Shown here in pieces: positions 26,977 to 37,954 of a stretch of 64,000 bases of DNA (positions are counted from its first letter, which is position 1; every line of letters begins with the position of its first letter). Position numbers and translations under genes: made by a program. A model generated the notes under the pieces. It saw only the letters and a list, made by a program, of their open reading frames with translations. It was not told the origin of the DNA and did not search any database. The stretch is from Octopus sinensis (lineage: Eukaryota): assembly GCF_006345805.1 (NCBI RefSeq), contig NC_043024.1, forward strand, positions 4,340,001 through 4,404,000, in the 5' to 3' direction.

Positions 26977-29398
26977 CTATGGAGGGAGGAGAGGAAACAA
27001 AAGCTGCGGGGCCTTATAAATTGCCGGGGTTTAAAACATCGGTAAGATCGCAAGTTTAAGTAATGTTATAATATTCTATTGGTCATGTAAAGGACAATTT
27101 ACAGACGAATTTTTATAATGAATAATCCAAATGTTATGGAAAATTTTTAATCGAACCACTTAACTGTTTTTTGCATGTATGTCCTGTATTTGTCCTTCTA
27201 TGTAATGATTGTATAATCGTAATAAAGAAATTAAGAGTTAATTCTTCCTAATTTTGTTGCTCCGTATGCATGTGTATTTCTTGCTCAGTTCCACTTTACA
27301 ACTGATATTTAAGAGAAAATCTAATTAAATAGACACATGATTGGTAATTAAGTGTCTAAAGAAATAGATGCAGCATTTTTTTTATTATGTTGACCTGTTA
27401 AATATTAATATTCGTCGTAAAAATTCTCTTGAAGCTGTCACTGTCCACTCTAACTTTTCACTCATTCAACATATTCTCATATTTTCATCGTTGACTCTCT
27501 CTGAATATATATTACTATGTAAGTATATTTCTATTGTATATGTATCATATTACGTACGTCTGTTTGTTTCGATGTGTTGAGTAAGTTACAAGAAAGAATC
27601 TCACTAAACAAAGACGAAATAGCGGAGGTAAAGGGCATGGACCGCACCTACCTTTCCCTAATTTTTTTGCGATGGAAACCCACTTTTTCAACTTCGGTGA
27701 GGCTGTTCTTTCAATACTTTCGTTGTGTTCTCCTTTACATTCAGATATTTCATTGCATCTTTCGTTATTTCCTATATTATTTGTTAACGTCAGATGGATA
27801 CCTTGTGTAGATAACTTTTCTCTTTCTTCCTCACATGTAAATTCCGCGGGAAAATTACGATGTAATTTGTAAGACATGCGGAATGTATAAAAATACGAGT
27901 GTGCACTTGAAATACTGAAACGAAAAGTAAATTTTGTATATACAAGAAATGGAACGGATTTTATTTAAAACCTAGGAAGTCTTTATTTCTGGAGGTTCTT
28001 CTCTATCATTACAACTTACAATTAATATCTATTTTTCAAGGGAATCTTTCTTTAAGCACCCAATGTAACCGCTTATCACATTTTTATTTTGGGGAAATTT
28101 TCAGAAAATTTCTGCTGTACATGCAAGGATTCAAATGGTTATGAAACCAACAAAGAAGGGAAAAAACCGATTGAAGAGCAATTTAGCTGTTATTTATCGC
28201 GCACCCCACGACCACCTGATACCTTCCGAGTTTCTTTCTCACTCTTACGTGCTAATGTTTTTCAATATCTTTTTTCACATAAACACATTCAATGGTCCGT
28301 TGTTGGGATTTAAGGCATTATATATGAATTGCACTCTGTATTTTTATGTCATTTTCAATTAATTACCTAAGATATCCTTTTCTCTCTTCGTAATACATAT
28401 ATATTTAAATTCAAATTACGATGAATTTAAAAGTAAAGAAAAAAAACGAGAATAATTTAATGTTAAAACTAAATCATTTGCCCCCATTGAGAAGGATTGT
28501 CACCAATTTCCTTCTCCACCTCAACCAATAATTTTTCCTACATCAAAAATTCCCCACAAAAGATTTTGATGCTGTTAGTCATCCATACTAATTATTTACT
28601 GACTGTTATTCATGTTTCATGTAACACAGAATATTGACATTAAGCTGCCTGTATGTGTGTATTTATATATTTATAAATGTACGGAAAGAGGCAGGGGAGG
28701 TGTGATATCTCTTTTACGACACATGACTGAGATTAAAACATCAGATATCTAGTATTATTGACATGTATATTGGTGTGTCTATGACAGACTTAATGTCCAA
28801 GAGATGTTATTATACTACATGTGTCTACACCCTGATATAAACTTCTTGAACACAGAGAAATGGGATAAGTTTAATAGTTCAGATAAAGAATTACTTCTAC
28901 GATTGCACTTTTGGATATCTGCCTTTTAAACATACTTGATATCTTATATTATTTTTTCTATTCTTTCAGAAAATCACATGAAATTGGCTAAAAAGTATTT
29001 TTTACTTTTAAAGAATCATCAATGTGTATCATGTTTAAAAGACTCTGCAAAGATATTCTACAAACGTATAATCCTGCTTCTATAAAACGTTGGTGAGTTA
29101 CAGTAAAATATTTCCTCTGAGAGAGAAAGCATTTCTTTACTTCTGTGTCTGAAATGTGCAAGAGATAATTTTCTCTTTTAAATATACTTTGATAGATTTC
29201 CAAAGAGTATTTGCAGCATTTTTAAATATTGGCATTGATCACATTTAGAAGAAATATAAGAGAAGTGATATTTGTTTGGAATAAACTATAAAAACAAAAA
29301 GAAGAAAAATATCCATATATTTTTGTGAGAGAAGAAATATTTTTGAAAAGTTGTTGATCTGTACAACTTGAATGTTCAGTTTTATTTTTCATGAAGAG

Positions 29399-30430
29399 AT
29401 GTCGGAAGAATTATGAAAATCATATGACTGTGACATCTGCAAAGAGTCATTCTTAGAAGAAAGTAAATTCAATCAACACAAACAAATTCATACAGGGGAG
29501 AAACCATATCACTGTGATATCTGTGGTAAATCATTGTCTCACAGGAATACCTTAACTCAACACAAACGTATTCATACAGGGGAGAAACCATATACCTGTG
29601 ATATCTGTGGTAAATCATTCTCTGATGGCAGTCACTTACCTCGACACAAACTGGTTCATACAGGAGAGAAACCTTATCATTGTGATATCTGTGGTAAATC
29701 CTTCACTTCAGGAAGTAACTTGACAACTCACAAACACATTCATACAGGGGAGAAACCATATCACTGTGATATCTGTGGTAAATCATTCTCTGGAAATAGC
29801 GACCTAACCACTCACAAACGTATTCATACAGGGGAGGAACCATACTCCTGTGATATCTGTAGTAAATCTTTCTCTCAAAGCAGCAGCTTAACTAAGCACA
29901 AGCGTGTTCATACAGGCGAGAAACCATATCGATGTGATATCTGTGGTATATCATTCTCTCGAAACACTACCCTAACTAAGCACAAACGTATTCATACTGG
30001 GGAGAAACCATATCACTGTGATATCTGTGGTAAATCATTCTCTGCTGGCAGTCACTTAACTAAACACACACGTATTCATACAGGGGAGAAACCATATCAC
30101 TGTGATATCTGTGGTAAATCATTCTCTAATCACAGTGTCTTAACTCAACACAAAAATATTCATACAGGGGAGAAACCATATCACTGTGATATCTGTGGAA
30201 GATCATTCTCTGTAAGCAGTAGCTTAACCAAACACAAGCGTATTCATACAGGGTAGGAACCATAACCTTGTAATATCTGTGGTAAATCATTCTCTCAGAA
30301 CAGTGGCTTAACTCAACACAAACGTATCCATACAGGGTAGAAACCATACCCCTGTGATATCTATGGTAAGATGTTCTCTGGAAACAGTCACTTAACTATA
30401 CACAAATGCATTCACACTCAAGAAAAATCA
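29399..30430 (+). pseudogene. C2H2 poly-zinc-finger locus, family A copy A3 (10 intact fingers behind a codon-6 stop)
   Basis: ATG TCG GAA GAA TTA TGA at 29399-29416. The same frame is then open to TAG at 30254-30256 with 10 fingers and no in-frame ATG. Two dead fingers follow. Confidence 0.8.
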
Positions 30431-33367
30431 ATTCACAGTGATATCTGTGGCATATCATTTACACAAAATCATTTCCTATTTAAACAGAAGTCTTTCCTTA
30501 TGAAGTGGGTCCATAACACAGTGATATTTGTTGTATAACATTTCCTCAGAAGGACAAAGGACGTATCTCATAAAGACATCCACAGAATATAGAAACTATA
30601 TGAATGTGACATCTATGGTAAATCTTTGACATGAAATCATCCATTATTGAATCAAAAGAGCATTGACTGAGGAAGGAAAACATATCACTGTGATGTTAAA
30701 CCTGAATCATTCTATCAAAATGGTGAATTGTTTGTACACAGTCCTATTAATATGAAAGATATAACTGTAACCTAAGCTATCCGTGCTAAATCAATCTATG
30801 AAGATGGATCAATTATTGAAATGTAAATGCATTCATACAGAAGAGGAACCACGATGATGATGATCCTCATCATTTAACATTCTCCTATTCATGCTTCTGT
30901 GGATCAGATGGAATTCATTGATGGAGATTTTCTACATCTGGGTCCCTTTCTTGTGACCAATCTTCACCTGTTTCCAAGCAAGGAAATATTTTCCCTGGTG
31001 AGACATATTTTACGCAGAGGACTAGAAATGAACAACTGCACAAGTATGACGGTCATGATGGCCCTTTACGAACATCACATAATATCTGGACAAGGGTACA
31101 GACACATACACACACACTCACATAAACTGTTGTATGTCTCAAGAATTTCTCATGGGAAATATATGTTACATGTTTTCTACACATCAAAAAGTTTGTGATT
31201 CCTATTAGGAAATGAAACACATGTAATGCTGAATAAATAATATCAAACTTTTCTCCAGTTTCCTTATGTGATTTGTAATTACCTTGCAAAAAATATTATC
31301 CAAACGTCCCACAAAAATAATGTACGTGTATATATGTAATCACAAGCTTGTTTGTTCAACTGGTGTATTTACGTTAGTTAGAGTAGTGGGGTGAGGGAGG
31401 AGGGAAAAGTAAAGGAAGGTGGTCTTATAATAATTCTGCTTGTCATTACGTTACTTAGGTCGTCAGTAATACTTTCATCTGATTGGAGAGAAAGTGGGAG
31501 AGAGAGAAGCATGCATGACGTGATAGGGGGACATATTTAGTTGAAGGTTGTGATATAGAGGAGAGTTAGAAATATAATTTTAGAAGGTGGGTGATGTTCT
31601 GATGGAGAGATTAAAGAAAGGTAGAGAGAGACAGATGATGGTGGTGGTTGTGATGGTGAATACAGAGTGAAAAGTAATGTTTTTTTTTTTACTTAAACTA
31701 AGTTTTTTTACAACACCTACAAATTGAAATGTGTATTGGCTCTCTGACCCATCACCTTGGCTTAGAAGTTACCACTGATGTGGTTTTCAGAGTAAGCCAA
31801 GTTACATTAGATTGTGACCCCTATATTTTACATATAAGGTCATTTCTTTAGTATACACTTCTCGTCTTTTAGATAAGAAATTGTGCCCATGTAAATTTTA
31901 AAATGTAATTTTTTTACTGTTTATGAGAAAACTGGAAAAATATGAGCGAATATTTATTTTATGATTGCTGTGTCTATAAAATTGTGCATAAAGTGTATTA
32001 AGTAATTACCGTATTCCAATTTCCTTCAGTTTTCAGTGAATAGCAGATGAGTGACTATCTTTTGATGCAGACACAATACAGGCTCCACTTTAGAGTGTTT
32101 TGGTTTCAGGAATAACCCAATCCATTGCCTCACTAGACACCGAAGCTGTGACTAGTGACCGGGACCTTTTGTTTTTGGATAATGGATAAACAGCTAAAAG
32201 ATTATATAAATATATATTTATAAAATTAAAGACTTAAATCTGTACAAGATGCAAAGCAAAAAGAAAAGAATTCAATTAAGAATGCATCTGGTGAAAGAAT
32301 ATTGGTTTAAAAAACATACGACATAAAAATGATAACAATGAAGACTATAAGGAATATGAGGGAGATAGGGTGAATCCTTTCTTTTTGATAATGGTCGGGC
32401 ATTGTCTTGTTGGAAGACTAATGCTTTTCTGTTGGTAATCTCCAGCCGCAGTTCTTTGATTTTTTGGTTCAAATTAGCCAGTTGACGACAGAACACATCA
32501 GAATTAATGGTCTGGTTTTATGGGAGAAGGTCATAATAAACAATGCCTTTATGATCCCACTAAACACAAAGCACAGGTGTGTTGCCATGGATATTCATCT
32601 TTGGTTGCTTGGGGGATATTTCTGCAAACTCCAGGATCAGTTTTGCACAACATTAAGCATGCAATCCATTTTTCATCTCCAGTCACAAGTCGTTTCCAAA
32701 AAAGGGCATGCTTTCTTTCCATTTCAAAAGCATATCCCAAAAGGAATACTGGTCCCAGCAATTCTTTTCTGAAAGTTTCAAGCACCCATATATTAAAGCA
32801 AAGAGTAAGATAGAGAGAAGCGTACATGATATGAGATAGGGGGAACATAATATTACCTGGTTAAAAAAATTAGTTGAAGTTGATGATATAGAGAAGTTAG
32901 CAATATAATTTTAGCAGAGTGGTGATGTTCTGATGGTAAGATTTGAGGCACAAAGAGAGAGAGATGATGGTTGTGGTGGAGGAAATGGTGATGGACAGTG
33001 CATAGTTAAAAGTAATTTGATTTTTAATTGAACTAAGTTTTTTATATCACGTATTTGCAGAATCGTATGAATTTCCGTGTAAAAAGCACAAAATCACAAT
33101 TATTTGATATTTCACACCCCTTTTTTTACATGAACAAAATGACAGCTTCCAAATATTGTTTTCTAAATCGGTAAGAATGATTAAACTTTAAACCAAAGTA
33201 ACTTTAAAAACTTTTTGTGGAAGAAGCAAATTAACTGATGGAATTCAGCACGGAAAATTATAGGGATACCTCAAATACTGAAATTTTCACTACACTCGAA
33301 CATTTCCACACGTGGCCGCAAACGGAAAAGATCTGGTAGGGTTGATGCTAATAACAATAATAGTGAT
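30257..33367 (+). repeat. Left arm of ~3.1-kb inverted duplication (3' flank of ZNF A3)
   Basis: Reverse complement of 37955-41059 throughout (e.g. 30840-31000 vs 40330-40490; 33280-33367 vs 37955-38040). Roughly 95% identical by eye in the windows compared. Confidence 0.92.
32370..32720 (-). pseudogene. mariner catalytic-domain remnant (left arm; mirror copy 38600-38935 +)
   Basis: KRLVTGDEKWI, VLCVWWDHKGI, LVFQQDNARP motifs in broken frames. Confidence 0.8.
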
Positions 33368-33486
33368 TGTTATGTGTTATTTCGTTCTTATGGGATAGAC
33401 AACTCAATACGAAGCATAGTTATTCTTTTACGTGTTTATTTACTTTTTTATGTTACACGAACTGCGCTACATTCAGCGCAGTGACA
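33368..33486 (-). repeat. 3' LTR (119 bp)
   Basis: Aligns to 37703-37820 with 13 differences by manual alignment. Weak similarity may extend ~14 bp further. Confidence 0.85.
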
Positions 33487-33596
33487 CCTATATATCTCTT
33501 GTGTCGTCCACAATTGCATTCACGCAATGAAAACCAAATTGAGAATAATTAAATTAATCATAGCAGTTTTTTGAAAGTTCATGTATATTTTTTTCT

Positions 33597-34626
33597 TTAA
33601 TGGTATCGAACTGGTGGCAGGATGTTCTTTCTCCCTCTGGTGGATCTTGTGCTTCGCACCGGTGTCTGAGTTGTGTTGTTGGGCTGCTGATGATGGGTGG
33701 TTGGTGCCCACTGGGATGATGATTCTGTGGGTGTTGTCACTGATGCAGCAGGTGTTGTACACGTTGTCCTCAACAGCTTTGGTGTTGGGCGGATGTGGGC
33801 CCTGTTGCATCTCAGCTGCCCACCAGATTCCGTTACTATTATATATGATCTTGGGGTTTCAGCTCTACTGACAACCTGTGCTGGAATCCATGCTTTAGTT
33901 ATGGGATCTTCAGTATGCACGTGTTGTCCTCCAAGTATCTCAGGTAAGTATTGTGAATGTCTGTTGTAATATTTCTGTGATTGTTCTCGAGTGGCTGCTA
34001 ACTTTGCCCTTGTCTCTTCCTGGTCAATAGGAGGTTGGATCTTAGTTGGCAGGGTAGTTTTGTACTTCCTGCCATTCAGCAATTCTGCTGGGGATTTCAT
34101 GTCAGCTCTCAGTGGTGTCGCTCGTAGGGACAGAAGTGCCAGGTGTGGGTCTTCCTTAGTCTCTCGGCATTTCACTAGTGTTCTCTTCACTGTCTGCACC
34201 TGTCTTTCTATAAACCCATGACCTTTGGGGTAGAGTGGAGATGAGGTTGTAATATTGAACCCATACTCATCGGCTAGCTTTTTGAATTCTTGCGATGTGA
34301 ACTGGGTTCCATTGTCACATATGATCTGCTCTGGTATTCCTTGCTCTGCTAGAAGTCCTCGAGCCACTGTAGTGATTGTTTTGGCTCTCAGGTCTTTCAC
34401 TTTTCTCACAAATGGAAATTTGGAGTAGTAGCAGGCCATTATCAAATACCATTCTTGGCTGTCTGTGAACAGATCTACTCCAATAGTTTGCCATGGCTTT
34501 CATGGGATGTCACTAGATATCATTTCCTTCTTTTGTTGTGAATTTCTGTACTTTTGACATGTGGCATGTAGAAACTGTCTTTTCTATGTCTTTGTACATG
34601 CCTACCCAATACACTGCTGACTTGGC
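33597..34626 (-). pseudogene. Gypsy integrase (zinc-binding + rve core), disrupted
   Basis: HLGMEKCKL*AKSAVYW, IGVDLF, ICDNGTQF, SSPLYPKGHGFIERQVQTVKR. CGA>TGA at 34629-34627 and a frameshift near 34555. Confidence 0.88.
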
Positions 34627-36420
34627 TCAGAGCTTGCATTTCTCCATTCCTAGATGCCTTTGGTGGATCTTGTCAAGAATCTCTTTTTGCATTGACTTGG
34701 GTATGATTATTCGGGATCCAGCCATCAGGATTCCATTCTCCACTGATATATCATCATGGATGGTCCAATATTCACGAATGAGGGGCTGCACCTGATGTCT
34801 CTTTTCTGGCCACCCCTGAATCACCATCTGAGTAAGGAGCTGGTGTTCTTCATCTTTACTGGTCTCCTCTTTGATTTCTGCTAGCTTTGTAGTCGTTACA
34901 TTTACAATGTGATGGACCTTTATGCTTAGTCCTTCCATCTCCTGTTTATCATGTGAGGATAGTCTGGAAAGAGCATCCGCCAATATCAGGTCTTTTCCTG
35001 GCTTGTACCTGATATCATAGTCGTATGTTTGAAGCCTTAACAGTAATCTTTGCAGTCCGGCTGGTGCTTTCGTCAGGTTTTTTCTATGTATTTGTTCTAG
35101 CGGGCGATGGTCTGTTTCAATATTGAAATGTCTGTCATACAGGTATGTATGGATCTTTTCACATCCATATACTACTGTCAGGTGTTCCCTTTCAATATTT
35201 GCGTACCTTGTCTCTGTGGGTGAGAGAGCTTTCGAGGCATATGCAATGGGTTTACCTTCCTGTAACAGTGCTGCACCAACTCCCCTCATAAAAGCATCGA
35301 CTTGGAGTGTTACTGGTTTGCGTCTGTCATAGTATTGCAGAGTTGTCTCCTTACTGATGAGCTTTTTGATTGCTTCGAAATCCTGTGTGTGTGAAGCACA
35401 CCAATCAAACTCTACGTCATCTTTGTTTAGTTCTCGGAGATTTGCAGTGTGATCGGCCAGCTTGGGTATGAAGGCTCCCATGTAGCGAATGAGTCCCAGG
35501 AAGCTCCTGAGTTCCTTCTTGTCTTTAGGTTCTTTAATGTCTCTGATGGCTTCCACTTTAGTGGGGTCTGGTTTAACTCCCTCTGCAGAGTATATAATTC
35601 CAAAGAATTTGCACTCCTTTGCTTTGATCACACACTTGTCTGCATTGAGTTTGATGCCTGCTTGTCGGGTTTTCTCCATAGCTTCATGTAAATTGAAGTC
35701 ATGTGTGGTCTCATCCTTGCCATGCACTTGGATGTCATCTGCTATTCCAATTGCTCCCTTGCAGCCTTGGTAGGTCTCATCTATTCGGCACTGGAAAACA
35801 TCTTGGCTCACCTTCAATCCAAATGGGAGTCGGTTGAATCGATATCTGCCAAATGGTGTGTTGAAGGTAGTGAGCATGGATGACTCTTTGTCTATCTTTA
35901 CATTCCAGTACCCATTACTGACATCCAGTTTGCGAAATAATCTGGACCCAGCCAATGATGGTGTGATTTCTTCAAGGGTTGGAATTGGATGGTACTCTCT
36001 TTTTAATGCCTTGTTCAGGTCCCTTGGGTCGAGGCATATCCGTAGGGTACCATTGGGTTTTTCCTTGATTACAATTGAATTCACCCTGTCTGTTGGTCGT
36101 GTCACTTTGGTGATTATTTCTTTTTTTTCCATTCTGTCCAACTCTGTCTTCAGCTTCACTTTTAGTTCTAGAGGGACGCGGCGAGGTGGGTGAACAATTG
36201 GTTTGATATTGGGGTCGACTGTTATATGGTATCGACATTTCACAAAGCACCCGACTGTATTGTCAAAGCATTCAGGGTACATGCTTATCAGTTCCTCTTT
36301 GTTTGTTAATGGTGGTCGGTCTTTGATAGGCATATCTCTGTCAATCCTGCTCGGAGTTGCCTTCACTTCACCATTGATTGACACAATATTTAGCTTTCTG
36401 CAGGTATTGAGTCCAAGAAT
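34627..36420 (-). pseudogene. pol: Gypsy reverse transcriptase + RNase H
   Basis: RICLDPRDLN, LDVSNGYW, RYRFNRLPFGL, IADDIQVHG, LQVDAFMRG, YANIERE, IETDHRPL. Confidence 0.92.
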
Positions 36421-37610
36421 TGATTGTTTTTCCTTCGTGTGTCCCTGTGATTGTTGTTTTGCCCAGTTGTGGAATCCTGGTACCTCCGTACGCAGTGAGG
36501 ATTACATCACTTGGAGTGAGGATTCCTTCTTTGACTTTATCCTCTTGTGTCATGTGTTCTGGGAACACCTTTTTGTGGAGGTTGACAGGCAAGATATCAC
36601 TCTGGGCTCCAGTGTCAATCTTCAGCCTTAAGTCAATGTTTATTCGTTTCTTGCCAGACTTCTTTTGTATTCTTATTGTTGTGTATGCCTCATTTTTTCT
36701 CTGGTCGTCATTCCCCATCTCATGCACATTTATTGTGCCAACTGCCAAGAATTCCTTCTCTGAGGTGTTTTGTTCCTGTAGTTGTGCATGTATATCTCTT
36801 TGTCTTCTCTTTGAAAATTGGGGCTTGTATTTCTGGGATTTTTTTAGTCTACACATTTTTTTCCCAGTGGTTAGGTTTTCCACATGCTTTGCAGTGTGTA
36901 CCGAATGCAGGACATTTCTTCCGGTTGTCGAACTCATGCTCTGTACCACAGTACTGGCATGTTCTTTGTTTGCGGGTATGTTTCGTCCTGTGCCTAGATA
37001 CAATATCTACACTGCTGCCTAGTGAGCTTGTTTGTAAGGTAAGTGAGGCCATTTGTTTGGTAGTGGCTTCGAATGCTCTTGCAGTGTCTACTGCTTCTAT
37101 CAACTGGAGAGCGTTCTTACCTATGAGAGATTTCTGAACTTCTTTATGAGCACACCCCCATATTAATTGGTCAACAATTCTTTCGTCCTTATCTTTAAAT
37201 TTGCATTTTTCGGCAACGTTCTTCAGTCTGGACAGGAAATTGTAAATCCTTTCTTGTGGGTCTTGTTTCAGGCCCTGGAATTCGTATCTGTGAATTCTAT
37301 GGTTCGATCTGGGCTCTAGGTGCCTTTCAAATTTCTCTAAAAGTGTGTCTGGGTTATTGCAATCCGATTCTGACATGTCCCAGCTATTGAATAGGTCTAG
37401 ACCTTTTTCGACCGTCCATAAAAGGCTTACCTTTTCAACTTCAGACGTGCCTTTCAGGAAACTTTTGAAAGCTAGTTGAGTTTTCTGCTTGAATTTCTTG
37501 AACGCTTCCATGATATCATTGGAGTCCCAGTTCATGTTCAGATGTAGATTCATCTGTACGGTGACGGAGGTCGCCATTTTGGATTCTCGTGTATGTGTGT
37601 CCGAAGACAA
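36368..37610 (-). pseudogene. gag: Gypsy gag + aspartic protease
   Basis: CQYCGTEH...CPAFGTHCKACGKPNHWEK(M)C double knuckle is broken by a +1 A at 36856-36862. Protease LKIDTGAQSDILP. Confidence 0.85.
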
Positions 37611-37684
37611 AGCGATGTTTTGTTTGTTAATTTCTGGTTCGTTGTGTTTCTGTTTTGTTGTAAAGGCACAGTTTCCGATTAATT

Positions 37685-37702
37685 ATCCCACCGCTGCCAC
37701 CA
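37685..37702 (-). promoter_or_regulatory. Primer-binding site complementary to tRNA-Leu 3' end
   Basis: Minus strand TGGTGGCAGCGGTGGGAT immediately follows the 5' LTR. The plus strand ATCCCACCGCTGCCACCA matches the recalled 3' 18 nt of metazoan tRNA-Leu(AAG). Confidence 0.85.
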
Positions 37703-37820
37703 TGTTATGTGTTGTTTCCTTCTAATGGGATAGACAACCAATATGAAGCCATTGTTATCGTTTACGTGTTTATTTACTTTTTCATGTTACACGAACTGGA
37801 CTACATTCAGCGCAGCGACA
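37703..37820 (-). repeat. 5' LTR (118 bp)
   Basis: Abuts the PBS; direct repeat of 33368-33486. Confidence 0.85.
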
Positions 37821-37954
37821 CCGATATAACTTTAGACACAGCGTAGTAATAATTATAAAATAGTGCCAAAAGCGGGGACGCATTCCAAACACGCACGTGG
37901 CTCTACTTTATAGATTTGGTATTTTGTGAAGAGATTTCTTCAATATTCGGCTTC

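Larger units (their letters stand above)
22096..27233 (+). mobile_element. Full-length L1/Tx1-clade LINE with 16-bp TSD
   Basis: TSD AGAGTTAATTCTTCCT at 22080-22095 and 27234-27249, 5' UTR, ORF1 with CCHC knuckle, ORF2 APE-RT-Zn, 3' AATAAAGAAATTA. Confidence 0.95.
33368..37820 (-). mobile_element. Ty3/Gypsy LTR retrotransposon (Mag-like by double CCHC gag), degenerate
   Basis: Direct repeats TGT...ACA at 33368-33486 and 37703-37820, PBS, and gag-PR-RT-RH-INT order on the minus strand. No matching TSD found. Confidence 0.93.

Noticed and set aside
28978-29085. Conserved 35-aa upstream ORF (MKLAKKYFLLLKNH...) in family A leaders
   Set aside because: Intact in A2 and A3 but stopped at codon 9 in A1 and codon 7 in A4; retention is explained by recent duplication.
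35353-35385. CTGATGA...GAAA motif inside Gypsy pol
   Set aside because: No stem II or stem I/III pairing; chance match antisense to coding sequence.
36850-36866. Programmed -1 frameshift (A AAA AAT) between gag and pro
   Set aside because: The downstream frame is +1, not -1, and the shift falls inside the CCHC knuckle, so it is a homopolymer insertion or a sequencing error.
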